A stretch of DNA of 64,000 bases from an uncultured Methanosarcinaceae archaeon (GTDB lineage Archaea > Halobacteriota > Methanosarcinia > Methanosarcinales > Methanosarcinaceae), in assembly GCA_963721455.1 (NCBI GenBank), contig CAVRJG010000053.1, forward strand, positions 128,001 to 192,000, given 5' to 3'. Shown in pieces: positions 53,833-64,000 of this stretch; positions within the stretch are counted from its first letter, which is position 1, and every line of letters starts with the position of its first letter. The notes under the pieces were generated by a model that did not search any database, had not been told where the DNA came from, and saw only the letters and a program-made list of their open reading frames with translations. Made by a program: the position numbers and the translations under genes.

Positions 53833-54003
53833 ATGACCTTTTTGAAAGGATACAATTTTACGAAAGTGAAAACTTCACACGGGCCTGACATGTACGTATC
53901 CAGATATGGGAAACTGGTAAGAGTCGTTCCATGCAGTCCCAATGTGAAGTTATCCGAAAGATACACCAGCGACTTGATCCGCCAGATCGAGTCCATGGAA
54001 TAA
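53833..54003 (+). CDS. Small hypothetical protein, 56 aa
   Basis: GGAGGT RBS before ATG 53833; T-rich terminator-like tract after the stop. Confidence 0.65.
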   Translation: MTFLKGYNFTKVKTSHGPDMYVSRYGKLVRVVPCSPNVKLSERYTSDLIRQIESME

Positions 54004-54316
54004 ATGATAAAAAATTTTTCCGACTTTTTCTTTTTGATTCGGACTTATTTTGGTGAAAGCCTTTTTTCAGACCGAAGCTTTTTCGGCCGGACATTTTTTA
54101 AACTTTTTTCTTTCTATATATACCTTTCTTTTTTCTGAACTTTTTATATACAGTCTTTTGAACTGGTACTTTCAGATTCATCAGATCGTAACAAGATTCG
54201 GTTTATGAAACTCCGTAACATTCGAGTTAGGAAGCTCTGTAACATTCGAGTTATGAAGATATACTTCTTATTAACTTTACATCGGTAAAAGAACCTTAAA
54301 AACAGGACCTGATACA

Positions 54317-54742
54317 TTGATCCGAAATTACAGGGAAACAGATCTCAAAGAGATGGTAAGAATCTGGTACGATGCCTCTGTCATTGCTCATTCCTTCATG
54401 CCTGCTTCTTTCTGGGCTTCAAAAAAAAGCATTATGAAGGAAAGGTACCTCCCGCTTGCCGAAAATTTTGTTTTTGAGGAGGAAGGCAGGATTACAGGAT
54501 TTATTTCCGTTGTTGGAGAAAGAGTCTGCGCCCTCTTCGTAGCGCCGGAAATGCAGGGCAAAGGGATCGGGAGGACTCTCCTCGAATACGCAAAAAACCT
54601 GACCGGAAAGCTCTCCCTCAAAGTCTACAGAGAAAACGAAAATGCTTTTCGTTTTTATAAGAAATGTGGGTTTGTGGCAGCCGGAGAAGAGGTTGATGAA
54701 TATACAGGTTGCTTGCAGGTTTTGATGGAGTGGAACGAATGA
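54317..54742 (+). CDS. GNAT-family N-acetyltransferase
   Basis: LFVAPEMQGKGIGRTLL and NENAFRFYKKCGF. Confidence 0.92.
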   Translation: MIRNYRETDLKEMVRIWYDASVIAHSFMPASFWASKKSIMKERYLPLAENFVFEEEGRITGFISVVGERVCALFVAPEMQGKGIGRTLLEYAKNLTGKLSLKVYRENENAFRFYKKCGFVAAGEEVDEYTGCLQVLMEWNE

Positions 54743-54915
54743 GAAGCCCATTGCGGGATAGAACCTATAGTTTCCGAAGGCATCCATTTCTACAAGATAG
54801 AGACAAGATAGAGAATAGTGTAAAACTTCATTTTGAAATCTGAGAAACAAAGCTTAAGCATATGCTGAATATAATGAGTATTAAGGAAGGTAAAGAATAA
54901 ACGGAGAGCACAGCC

Positions 54916-55881
54916 ATGAATCCTGAAACTGGGAATAGATTCACTGAAGAGGGAGAAGACTCACTTTTCCGGCACCTTGAGCCTGATACACCTGAAGTAA
55001 TGGAAATAAAAAGCCTGCAAGGAGAGGAATATGAATACAGCGATTATCTGGGAACAATTGAATATTCTATTGCCAGGCATTTTTATAAGGATGACAGAAA
55101 AATAAAGGACAAAGATGCAGTATCAGCATTGAAGAATATCAGAAAAAACTACGACAAAAATATCTCTTTTTTTAAGCGGAACCTTGAAAAAGAAATTACC
55201 GAAAACCTGATCGAACTCCTTGAAGAAGAGCCAATAACCCATCACGAGTTCGAACTTGTAATTGACTACGTTTTAGACGTTATCGACAACAGGTCCTGGA
55301 TGGAAGATGAGCAGGCGTACCTGAAGTGGGCCACTTATGTTATGGGACTTTTCACGGAAGAAGAGAGTCAAGAATATGAAAGAAACGTCAAAAAGCTTGC
55401 CGCTAAACTGGGTCTGTCCAGCAAACACGCGGATCTAATGCTCTTGAAAGGGGACGAGGACGATTATTTTGAATTTGTAGAAAATTACGGAGACGATGAA
55501 GGAGAAGGGCTGACTGAAGAAGAGCTGATAGCTGAAATGGAAACAAAGTTCCTTTCATTGACAGATGCCGAAAAATTTGATTTCCTGCTGGAAAACGGCC
55601 CGGATTTTTATGAGTTAGTGGGACTTTATATCTCAGAGCTGTCAGAAAAAGGCGAATTTGAAAAGATTCAGGAACTGTACAGAAAGCTTGTTGAAAAATA
55701 TGATGATTTCATTTACCTGTATGTTTTCATGGGAGGAGCCTACGTCGAGATAGACCCTGCTCTTGCAAAATTCTATTTTGAAAACGCCCTGAAAAGCCTG
55801 GATAAACTCGATGACCTTTCGGACTCCACTAAAGAAGTATTAAGAGGCAATCTCCTCGACCTGATTAATAAAATAAACTGA
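54916..55881 (+). CDS. Acidic helical hypothetical protein
   Basis: 321-aa ORF with GGAGAG RBS; weak TPR-like C-terminus. Confidence 0.8.
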   Translation: MNPETGNRFTEEGEDSLFRHLEPDTPEVMEIKSLQGEEYEYSDYLGTIEYSIARHFYKDDRKIKDKDAVSALKNIRKNYDKNISFFKRNLEKEITENLIELLEEEPITHHEFELVIDYVLDVIDNRSWMEDEQAYLKWATYVMGLFTEEESQEYERNVKKLAAKLGLSSKHADLMLLKGDEDDYFEFVENYGDDEGEGLTEEELIAEMETKFLSLTDAEKFDFLLENGPDFYELVGLYISELSEKGEFEKIQELYRKLVEKYDDFIYLYVFMGGAYVEIDPALAKFYFENALKSLDKLDDLSDSTKEVLRGNLLDLINKIN

Positions 55882-56221
55882 CTGTGCCCAGGCAGAATTT
55901 CCGGTAGAAATCCCGTAATCGCCAGATCTTCCATGCCATAATTTAGATTGATGACTCCATTTCAGCTGGCAGAACAAATCTAAAAAGGGATGGGAAAAGA
56001 AGATTCAGCAAATCGAAAAACGGAACAGCCATAATAGCTGTCTTTAACGTGTACTTAACAGCCGTCACAATATTAAAAACGGTTCGTGACACTTTTTATC
56101 GGTGTTTAAAAGCGTAATTTTGTTAAGGTTAGCTGTAGTTAAGATTGCTTCATATTTGTTTTTATATTTTGCACATTAAATAAATATAAAGATTCAATCG
56201 GGGAAAAGCGGGAGCCGTTCA

Positions 56222-57418
56222 GTGACAGCACTCAAAGATTCAGGTGCAGTATGCAAGGATGCGGATGGAGAGAAAAATGTAGAAGATTTACCGACTTTAG
56301 AAGATGTACCGGATGTAGAAGGCACACCAGGCATAGAAATTGTACCTGAAGATTTCAAAGCCATCCGGAACCCCATTCTGCGCTATGCACTGCTCCTGTT
56401 TCCGTGGCTGATCCTGCTCATCATAATTTATATACTGGCAAATTACCCGCTTATTGCAGGAGTGGTGATGTATACCTCAGGAATGCTGGCAGCAGCCCTG
56501 AGCCTTTTTGCTTTTTCCGTACTTATAAAAATGATACCGGAAACTTTCCGTAACCTCTGGCGCCGGAAGATTGTCGTGGGGGCTTACCCTTGGGATTCAT
56601 TTCAAAAAATTCCCTGTGAGAAGGGGTCCGAAATAGCAGCCCCTGAAACTGGGCGGCTTGAAGAAAGATTCCGCCAATTCATGCAGGAACTGCAAAAAAT
56701 GCTGAACCACCCCTACCAGTGGGCTATGGGTGTAGCCTTTTCCCTGCTGGTGTTTACCTGGCATTGGAGTAATCCGATCGAGTTTTTTATTGCTTTTATC
56801 ATAGGACTTATGGCCTGGAGGATGCTTATAACCTCCATCTATATCTGGAAACTAGGAAAAGAATTTCGCCTTGAGCCGCAGCTCGGGCATCCTGACAGGT
56901 CCGGCGGGCTCTCTCCCCTGGGTAATCTCTGCCTGTGGAATGCTTTTATAATCACCATACCGGCAATTCACCTGGGCGGCTGGTCTATCCTGAGAATTTT
57001 TACGGAAAAAGGGAGTCCCTTTTTCGAAATATCAGAAGAATATGCTCCCCTCTACCTGTGGCTGCTCTTAATTCTTGTGCCTTTTGCACTTGTAACTTTC
57101 TTCCTGCCTCTATTGAAAGTGCACTGGATCATGGAGGAATGGAGAAATCGGAAACAGGCACGATTGGATCAACTCGAACACTCCATTAACCAGCTGGAAT
57201 CCAGGCTGCTGAATGAAGCGGAAAAGCTGGACCAGAAAGAGTTTGAAAGCATCCAGAAGGAGCTGGAGATGATGCAACAGGTTTACATGCGGAACGAGAA
57301 GCTCCCCGTATGGCCCTTCAACATGGGAATTATGCTAAAGCTCCTGGTTTCACAGACCGTACCTGTCCTGGGCATTATCTCCCAGGTAATGTCATTGATT
57401 AAACAGGTCACTAGCTGA
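56222..57418 (+). CDS. Multi-pass membrane protein of unknown function
   Basis: Several TM segments, HPDRSGGLSPLG loop, coiled coil, PVWPF near the C-terminus. Confidence 0.8.
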   Translation: MTALKDSGAVCKDADGEKNVEDLPTLEDVPDVEGTPGIEIVPEDFKAIRNPILRYALLLFPWLILLIIIYILANYPLIAGVVMYTSGMLAAALSLFAFSVLIKMIPETFRNLWRRKIVVGAYPWDSFQKIPCEKGSEIAAPETGRLEERFRQFMQELQKMLNHPYQWAMGVAFSLLVFTWHWSNPIEFFIAFIIGLMAWRMLITSIYIWKLGKEFRLEPQLGHPDRSGGLSPLGNLCLWNAFIITIPAIHLGGWSILRIFTEKGSPFFEISEEYAPLYLWLLLILVPFALVTFFLPLLKVHWIMEEWRNRKQARLDQLEHSINQLESRLLNEAEKLDQKEFESIQKELEMMQQVYMRNEKLPVWPFNMGIMLKLLVSQTVPVLGIISQVMSLIKQVTS

Positions 57419-57437
57419 CAAAATAAGGAAAAAAGGA

Positions 57438-57670
57438 AAACAAGGGCACAATTTTTCCGTGCTTTCCTTGTTTTCCGTAGTTATATAGGCTTGAATGAGT
57501 TTTTCCGTGCCCTTTGTGGTTATAAACATGGAGTGAGTTAAACCACTGAAAGCACGGAAAACACGGAAGGAAAGAAACAAGGGCACAGATTTCCAGTGCC
57601 TTCCTTATCTTCAGTGGCTACGGTGCCTTGATTGGGTTTTTCCCTGCCCGCCTGTGTTTTTCGTAGTTAT
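57438..57670. repeat. Cluster of imperfect direct and inverted CACGGAA/TTCCGTG repeats (REP-like)
   Basis: TTCCGTGCTTTCCTTGTTTTCCGTAGTT versus AACCACTGAAAGCACGGAAAACACGGAA; AAACAAGGGCACA occurs twice. Confidence 0.7.
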
Positions 57671-58473
57671 GAAACCTATAGTGATTTAAGTGTAAATATT
57701 TACATTTTAAATTATGTTAGTAGCATAGTTTGGCAATGTGCCAAGAATGATAATCATTGCCAATTAATCAGTTTTACTAATCGTGTAAATATTTGGTGGG
57801 CAGTGTCCCGGATTTGCTGTAAATTTGACGTCAAGTTTTTGTATACTGTACATGAAACAGATCTAATGATATCGAGTTTTTGATTCAAACTTTTTAAAAT
57901 TTATAATTTTACAGAAAAATTGGCACATTGCCTATTCCTACGTGGTTCAGAATAACTGAGTTCAGGAAAGCATAGGTAAAAGAGAGACAGAAAAATGGAA
58001 AAGTTGAGGGGAGAATTTCGGGCTACGTATTATCTATTAGAACAAGAGAATACTTATTTGTGAAATTATCTGTTATTATCTATTAGTCCTTTTAGAAGTA
58101 TTTAAAGAATTAAAGATTTCGGACATTATTAGAAAAACGGCAACGCACTACCCGACGTGAGAAGAAGATTCAATTGGGTTATGTTTTAGGGCGAGATTAC
58201 ATTAGAAGCGAGTAGAAATAATTCGAAAAAATTCTCCGACCCCCCAGCCAATGGTAAGAGAGCATGGGTATTCACCTGGGAAGTATCTTTTTACTAAGGC
58301 TAAGAGTTTAAAAAAGGCATCCGCCTGAAGGAAAACTCTTTGGAATTTATCTATTGTTACGAGTTCAAACCTGTCCAAGATCGTGCACTTTGACCTGGCG
58401 GCATCCCATCATCGAATACACACATGAAGGGCATTACACCGATTCAGATTCAGACATGAAAGGATGTGACAAT

Positions 58474-61400
58474 ATGGTCAATGAAAAGAAGACCACAGGC
58501 AAAGAGGAAATACAAATATCAGAAGAGGAGCAGCTGCATTCTGCAGAAGAAACCCCTGTTACTGAAGAATCTCCTGCTCCGGATGCAGACTCGAATAAAC
58601 TCCCAAAAGAGAACTTTCCCATTGTGGGCATCGGTGCATCGGCTGGTGGACTGGCTGCTTTCGAAGCTTTCTTTTCAGCCATGCCTACAGACATCGAGCC
58701 CGACATGGCCTTTGTCCTGGTGCAGCACCTGGATCCGGTCCACAAGAGCATTCTCGCCGACCTGATCGGGCGCTATACACGGATGCCGGCTTACGAGGTT
58801 AAGGACGGGATGGCTGTCAAGCCTAACTGTGTCTACATCATCCCGCCTAACCGTGATATGATTTTTCAGAACGGCACGTTGCATTTGTTCGAACCTGCCG
58901 AACCGCGCGGCCATCGTCTACCGATTAATATATTATTCCGCTCCCTGGCCGAGGAAAAGAAAGAGCAGGCCATCGGAATTATACTCTCAGGTACCGGCAG
59001 CGACGGCACACTGGGGTTACGGGCTATCAAGGTAGAGGGCGGCATGGTGATAGTACAGGACCCCGAATCAAGCGAGTATGACGGTATGCCTCTCAGCGCC
59101 ATTGAGACCGGTCTGGCAGATTACATCCTGAAACCGGCCGAGATGCCAGCCCAGCTCATTGCCTATGTTGCCCAGGCCTTTGGAAAAAGATCCCAACCGA
59201 TCGCCAATGCAGAAGACTCGATGAAAAAGATATTTAATCTGCTGAGCACCCAGACAGGCCACGACTTTTCCCATTACAAAAAGAACACTATCGACCGCCG
59301 CATCAAGCGGCGTATGGCCGTCCATAATATTGATAATGTGAATGAGTATGTGCGCTATTTACAGCAAAAATCTGCAGAAGTGGAGGCACTCTTTCGCGAC
59401 CTATTAATCGGCGTCACCAATTTCTTCCGTAATCCCGAGGATTTTAAGGTGCTCCAGGAAAAGGTCATCCCGCGTCTCTTTACAGGCAAGAACTCAGATT
59501 CAGTGATACGTGTGTGGGTGCCTAGCTGCTCCACAGGTGAGGAGGCTTATTCCATTGGCATCCTGATCCAGGAGCAAATGGAGGCGTTGATGCTAACTGC
59601 CAAGGTACAAATCTTCGGCACCGATATTGACAGCCGGGCTGTTTTACAGGCCCGCAGCGGCATCTATCCAGCAAGTATCTCCGCCGACGTCTCGTCTGAA
59701 AGGCTGAAGCGCTTCTTCACCCAGGATTCAGAAGGCAACTATCGTATCCGGAAAAATATTCGTAACATGGTGATCTTTTCCGAGCAGGACATTATCAAAG
59801 ACCCGCCCTTTTCCAAGCTCGACCTGATCAGTTGTCGCAACGTGATGATCTATATGGATGGGGAACTGCAGAAGAAACTCATCCCTCTCTTCCACTACGC
59901 ATTAAACCCGGGAGGATTTCTTTTCCTGGGTCCCTCCGAAACCGTGGGAGAGTTCACGAACCTTTTTGATACACTGGACCGCAAGTCGAAACTGTACCAA
60001 AGAAAAGATGATGTTAGCAGTAAACGTCCTTTCATGGAGAGATTTCTCCCACCAAAGCTGGAAAGTGCAGCCTTACGACCTTCAGGCAAGGCTCCTGCCG
60101 AAACGAAACCTCAACTTCGCGAGCTGACCGAACGGACAATGCTTCAATATTACGCCCCTGTCAGTGTGCTCGTCAACGAGCGCGGTGATATTCTCTACCT
60201 TCATGGGCGTACGGGCCTATACCTGGAACCAGCTCCGGGTGAGGCTGGTATGAATATACTGAAGATGGCACGAGAGGGATTGAAGCGGGAGTTGACCACA
60301 GCCCTGCACAAAGCCGTGGTAAGTAAAGAGCCGGTATTTAACCCCGGACTACGGGTCAAAACCAACGGCGATTTCACTACCGTTAATCTGGCGTTACGGC
60401 CTGTGCCGGTAGAAAATGACGTACCCGCCGGGCTAAACCTGTTCCTGATCACCTTTGAGAAAACGCCAGAACCGGATCAGAGCCAAACCGGAAAGACTCC
60501 CTCCATGGATGCTGGTGAAGGTGTCCCGGGGGGCGGAGTGGAAGTTGACGCGCGCATCCTGGCACTGGAGCAAGAACTCAAGATCAAGGAAGAACATCTC
60601 AAAGCCTCCTATGAGGAACTGGAGACCTCCAACGAGGAACTCAAGTCATCCAATGAAGAGATGCAGTCCATGAACGAGGAACTGCAATCAACCAACGAGG
60701 AGCTGGAGACTTCCAAGGAGGAATTGCAATCGGTCAATGAGGAATTGTCCACGGTCAATTCAGAACTGCAAAACAGGGTGTCTGAACTGTCTCAGGCCAA
60801 TAACGATATGAGCAACCTGCTGGCAGGTACGGGTATAGGCACTATCTTTGTGGACCATCAACTGCGCATCATGCGCTTCACCCCTGCAGTCATGCAGGTG
60901 ATCAACCTGATCCCGACCGACGTGGGACGGCCTGTTGGGCACATCATCTCAAACCTGCTGGGCTATGACCACCTTGTAGAGGACATAAAGGAGGTGCTGG
61001 ACAGCCTGAAGCCCAAAGATATTGAAGTCCAGACCAAAGAAGAAGTATGGTACCTGATGCGAATCCGGCCCTATCGCACCCTTGAAAACGTTATCGCGGG
61101 AGCGGTGATCACTTTTACGGAGATTACCGAGATGAAAAGAGCGAAGCTTAAGGAGTCCGAAACCATGCGCCACCTGACGGCGGTGGTGAAAGATTCGAGC
61201 GATGCTATAACGTTGCAGGATATGGAGGGACACATCCTTGCATGGAATCCGAAGGCTGAGAAGATTTATGGCTGGAGCGAAGATGAGGCACTGGCGATGA
61301 ACATTCGCAGCCTGGTTCCTGAGGACCGGAAAGAAGAAGAGTTGGCCACGTTGAAGAAGCTTAGCCGGGCTGAGGTTCTGGAACCTTACCATACCCAGCG

Positions 61401-61539
61401 ACTCACCAAAGACGGCAGAGTGGTAGATGTGTGGCTAAATGCCACTTCACTGGTGAATGAAGCTGGTGAGGCATACGCCATTGCGACCACGGAACGGGAG
61501 ATCAAACCGGAAAAATGGGAGAAGAAAGACCAGGAATAA
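58474..61539 (+). CDS. CheB-CheR fusion protein with coiled coil and PAS domains
   Basis: GIGASAGG, VQHL, ILSGTGSDG (CheB); IGVTNFFRN, CSTGEEAYS, LISCRNV (CheR); NEELQS repeats; C-terminal PAS. Confidence 0.93.
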   Translation: MVNEKKTTGKEEIQISEEEQLHSAEETPVTEESPAPDADSNKLPKENFPIVGIGASAGGLAAFEAFFSAMPTDIEPDMAFVLVQHLDPVHKSILADLIGRYTRMPAYEVKDGMAVKPNCVYIIPPNRDMIFQNGTLHLFEPAEPRGHRLPINILFRSLAEEKKEQAIGIILSGTGSDGTLGLRAIKVEGGMVIVQDPESSEYDGMPLSAIETGLADYILKPAEMPAQLIAYVAQAFGKRSQPIANAEDSMKKIFNLLSTQTGHDFSHYKKNTIDRRIKRRMAVHNIDNVNEYVRYLQQKSAEVEALFRDLLIGVTNFFRNPEDFKVLQEKVIPRLFTGKNSDSVIRVWVPSCSTGEEAYSIGILIQEQMEALMLTAKVQIFGTDIDSRAVLQARSGIYPASISADVSSERLKRFFTQDSEGNYRIRKNIRNMVIFSEQDIIKDPPFSKLDLISCRNVMIYMDGELQKKLIPLFHYALNPGGFLFLGPSETVGEFTNLFDTLDRKSKLYQRKDDVSSKRPFMERFLPPKLESAALRPSGKAPAETKPQLRELTERTMLQYYAPVSVLVNERGDILYLHGRTGLYLEPAPGEAGMNILKMAREGLKRELTTALHKAVVSKEPVFNPGLRVKTNGDFTTVNLALRPVPVENDVPAGLNLFLITFEKTPEPDQSQTGKTPSMDAGEGVPGGGVEVDARILALEQELKIKEEHLKASYEELETSNEELKSSNEEMQSMNEELQSTNEELETSKEELQSVNEELSTVNSELQNRVSELSQANNDMSNLLAGTGIGTIFVDHQLRIMRFTPAVMQVINLIPTDVGRPVGHIISNLLGYDHLVEDIKEVLDSLKPKDIEVQTKEEVWYLMRIRPYRTLENVIAGAVITFTEITEMKRAKLKESETMRHLTAVVKDSSDAITLQDMEGHILAWNPKAEKIYGWSEDEALAMNIRSLVPEDRKEEELATLKKLSRAEVLEPYHTQRLTKDGRVVDVWLNATSLVNEAGEAYAIATTEREIKPEKWEKKDQE

Positions 61540-61700
61540 AAAAGACCTGTCGGAACCGTGACTGATCTCAGTATAACGGCGGAGGAGACATCCCGGATAA
61601 AAACCATTCAGATCACGGAGAATCATAAATCGCTGTCGTTGAAGGTCGCGAGATGGGTACCCTACGAACTGAGGTGCATAAGGTCGAGTTAAGGTTTAAA
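61540..61700 (+). pseudogene. Eroded start of a PAS sensor-kinase gene
   Basis: TACGAACTG-AGGTGCATAAGGTCGAGTTA reads YEL(x)VHKVEL, like the HELQVHQIEL motif of kinases that follow CheB-CheR fusions. Confidence 0.4.
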
Positions 61701-61895
61701 TGGACAAGTTTCTGGGAGCCCATTTTCTTTAACCGCCTGGCTATTGATTTTGTTACTCAGTTTTGCATGGGCTGGCAATTACACTTTTTTGACAACTCCA
61801 AATAAACATCAGTAGAGTAATTCTGGGCACGCCGGATAGTTGCCTTATACCAGATATAAGAATGCTGCATTATCAGAAGGCGATTATAATTGATT

Positions 61896-62028
61896 GAGCT
61901 GATCCCATACCCCATTTTTATTCTTATCCATCATGATTTTTTCAGGGTTGCTTTCAAGATAAGAATCTAGATCGGTCGTTAAAAACACGAGATTTAAAGA
62001 GGCAAATTTTGAGTTTTGCGATCGGTTT
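61896..62028. mobile_element. MITE family C, degenerate
   Basis: GAGCTGATCCCATAC... / ...TTTTGAGTTTTGCGATCGGTTT; matches the end at ~3680-3702. Confidence 0.55.
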
Positions 62029-62356
62029 ATTAATATCTTATTAACTAAATGTTATATATTAGATAAAGTAAACTCATAAGTTTAGTACAGTTTTAAAAGC
62101 AAACCAGATACACCTTACTCAGTTTATGAAGTGCCGATTTTTGCTGTGAGAAATATAAAATACAAAAAAATACAAAACGGGATTGTGGGGATGAGTCATT
62201 GATAATATCTGAAAACACGGACATCACCCAGTGTTTGGGGAAAAGTAGAAGGATTCTTGCGTTTACGATTTTTCAGTAACTGACTCCCAGAACAGCGAAG
62301 AGCCGAAATTGGAAAACGTTGGTGGAAGGGACCACATGCCAGGGAGAAAATGTGGA

Positions 62357-64000
62357 ATGAGAGAAAGCCTGAGAAAGTCCGGCATTGATATTGTTGGAGA
62401 TGTGCCCTGGGGAACGCACTTCTGCCAATTCTACCAGACAAAAAAAGATTTGATGGACATACTTGTTCCCTACTTCAAAGCAGGGCTGGAAAACAATGAA
62501 TTTTGTATGTGGGTCACATCACAACCTTCGGAAGTAGAAAAGGCAAAAAAAGCCCTTCGAAAGGCTGTTCCTGATATTGATGTTTATCTGGAAAAAGGGC
62601 AAATCGAAATTATCCCTTACACCAGCTGGAGTGTAAAAGAGGGTAGTTTTGATTCGGAGAGAGTATTGAACGTCTGGGTTGAAAAACTCAACCAGACCCT
62701 GGAAAATGGCTATGACGGTTTGAGGTTGGGAAATTCTTTCCGGCTGGAAAAAAAGAATTGGAATGATTTTGCCGATTATGAGGAACAGCTAGACGATGTC
62801 ATTGGCAATTACCAGATGATGGCTCTCTGTACTTATCCTCTCGACGGGTGCAACGCAACCGAGATAGTCGATATGGTCATTAACCACCAATTTGCTTTGG
62901 TCAAAAGGGAAGGAAAATGGGAACAGATCGAAAGTTTCAGGCGTAAAAAAGCAGAAGAGAAAATCCGGAACCTGGCAAGCATCGTGGAGTCATCAAACGA
63001 TGCCATCATAACTGAATCCCTTGATGGCATTATTGCCAGCTGGAATAAAGGTGCAAGGCAAATCTATGGTTATTCAGCTAAAGAAATTATTGGAAAGCCC
63101 ATATCCATCCTGGAGCCATCCATATTAATTGAAGAAACAAAAGAATTAGTTGAACTGATTGAACAGGGAGATAAAATTCACTATTATGAGACTTTACATT
63201 TAAGAAAGGATGGCACTATGATAAATGTATCACTAACTCTTTCCCCGGTTTTTGATACATCTGGAAAGCTGACCGCTATCTCAATTATCGCCAGAGATAT
63301 AACCAAAAGTAAAAAAGCAGAAGAAAAACTCCAGAAAAGCGAGGAGAGATACAGGATTGTCACAGAGCAAACCGGACAGGTAGTATATGAATATGATCTA
63401 AGAACAGATAAGAGCAGCTGGGCAGGTGCCATAGAAGAGATTACAGGATATAGTTTTGGAGAATTCCAGAAGTTTGGGGAGAACTTCTGGATTAAGAATA
63501 TTCACCTTACAGATACGAGTCGTCTGGATGAAAAATCCCTGAACGTGAGAAAGACCGGAGGCAGGTATAAGGAAGAATTAAAGTTGAGAAGAAAAGACGG
63601 GACTTACATTTATATAGAAAACAGCGGGATCTGGCTTACGGATCATGAGGGTCAGCCTTACAGGGCTCTCGGAGTACTGAAAGATATTACAGGTGCCAAG
63701 ATTGCAGACATCCATCTCCAGAAAAGTGAGGAAAGATATCGCATAGCAGCCGAACAGACCGGGCAGGTTGTATTCGATTTCAAGCTCGACACACGTGAAG
63801 TCGAGTGGGCAGGAGCCATCCGGGAAGTAACAGGGTACGGTCCGGAAGAGTTTAAAAATTGTGACAAGTCGTTCTGGATAGAACATCTGCACCCAGAAGA
63901 CAGGACCGGACTGCTTGAGAACCTGATGATGTTTTTTAAGAAAGGGGAGAAAATTCAGGCAGAATACAGGTTCAGGAAAAAAGATGGAAACTACATCTAT
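62357..64000 (+). CDS. MEDS-domain multi-PAS sensor (probable histidine kinase), runs off the window
   Basis: Hand translation MRESLRKSGIDIVGDVPWGTHFCQFYQTKKDL...GYDGLRL...ALCTY (MEDS), then PAS repeats; no stop seen, so absent from the ORF track. Confidence 0.9.
   Translation, partial: MRESLRKSGIDIVGDVPWGTHFCQFYQTKKDLMDILVPYFKAGLENNEFCMWVTSQPSEVEKAKKALRKAVPDIDVYLEKGQIEIIPYTSWSVKEGSFDSERVLNVWVEKLNQTLENGYDGLRLGNSFRLEKKNWNDFADYEEQLDDVIGNYQMMALCTYPLDGCNATEIVDMVINHQFALVKREGKWEQIESFRRKKAEEKIRNLASIVESSNDAIITESLDGIIASWNKGARQIYGYSAKEIIGKPISILEPSILIEETKELVELIEQGDKIHYYETLHLRKDGTMINVSLTLSPVFDTSGKLTAISIIARDITKSKKAEEKLQKSEERYRIVTEQTGQVVYEYDLRTDKSSWAGAIEEITGYSFGEFQKFGENFWIKNIHLTDTSRLDEKSLNVRKTGGRYKEELKLRRKDGTYIYIENSGIWLTDHEGQPYRALGVLKDITGAKIADIHLQKSEERYRIAAEQTGQVVFDFKLDTREVEWAGAIREVTGYGPEEFKNCDKSFWIEHLHPEDRTGLLENLMMFFKKGEKIQAEYRFRKKDGNYIY

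Noticed and set aside
58110-58190. Possible attC or dif-like site upstream of cheBR
   Set aside because: Complementarity is too weak, and no cassette ORF or recombinase is nearby
1-64000. tRNA or rRNA genes, prophage or integrase
   Set aside because: No cloverleaf, rRNA-like tract, viral structural gene or tyrosine/serine recombinase recognised by eye; tRNAscan-SE was not run

Overview
Archaeal chromosome segment that reads as Methanosarcina: radA, an S-layer protein with duplicated S-layer domains, archaeal CCA-adding enzyme, ADP-dependent sugar kinases, argC-CBS-argJ and a MEDS/PAS sensor. Core genes (pgp-like HAD, P-type ATPase, radA, coaD, endonuclease IV, cbiMNQO, S-layer, cca, ogg, ADP-GK/ADP-PFK, argJ/argC, CheB-CheR fusion) alternate with accessory DNA. 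The accessory DNA includes IS1634, IS630, IS701 and IS200-type elements with mappable ends, at least three MITE families, a 16/17-bp minisatellite, a decayed type I R-M island and a cargo block flanked by a duplicated gene end. The two best leads are: (1) three small low-complexity protein genes (one a 58-aa Gly/Cys/Phe/Arg peptide missed by the ORF track) sharing a 19-bp promoter palindrome followed exactly 39 bp later by a conserved 30-nt motif with a compensatory base change, around a membrane-anchored HTH regulator; (2) a 1106-aa TPR protein ending in a HEPN-type RxxxxH module. Many single-base frameshifts, several in housekeeping genes, may be assembly errors. No rRNA, tRNA or CRISPR array was recognised. 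All family calls come from reading the sequence; no database search was run.
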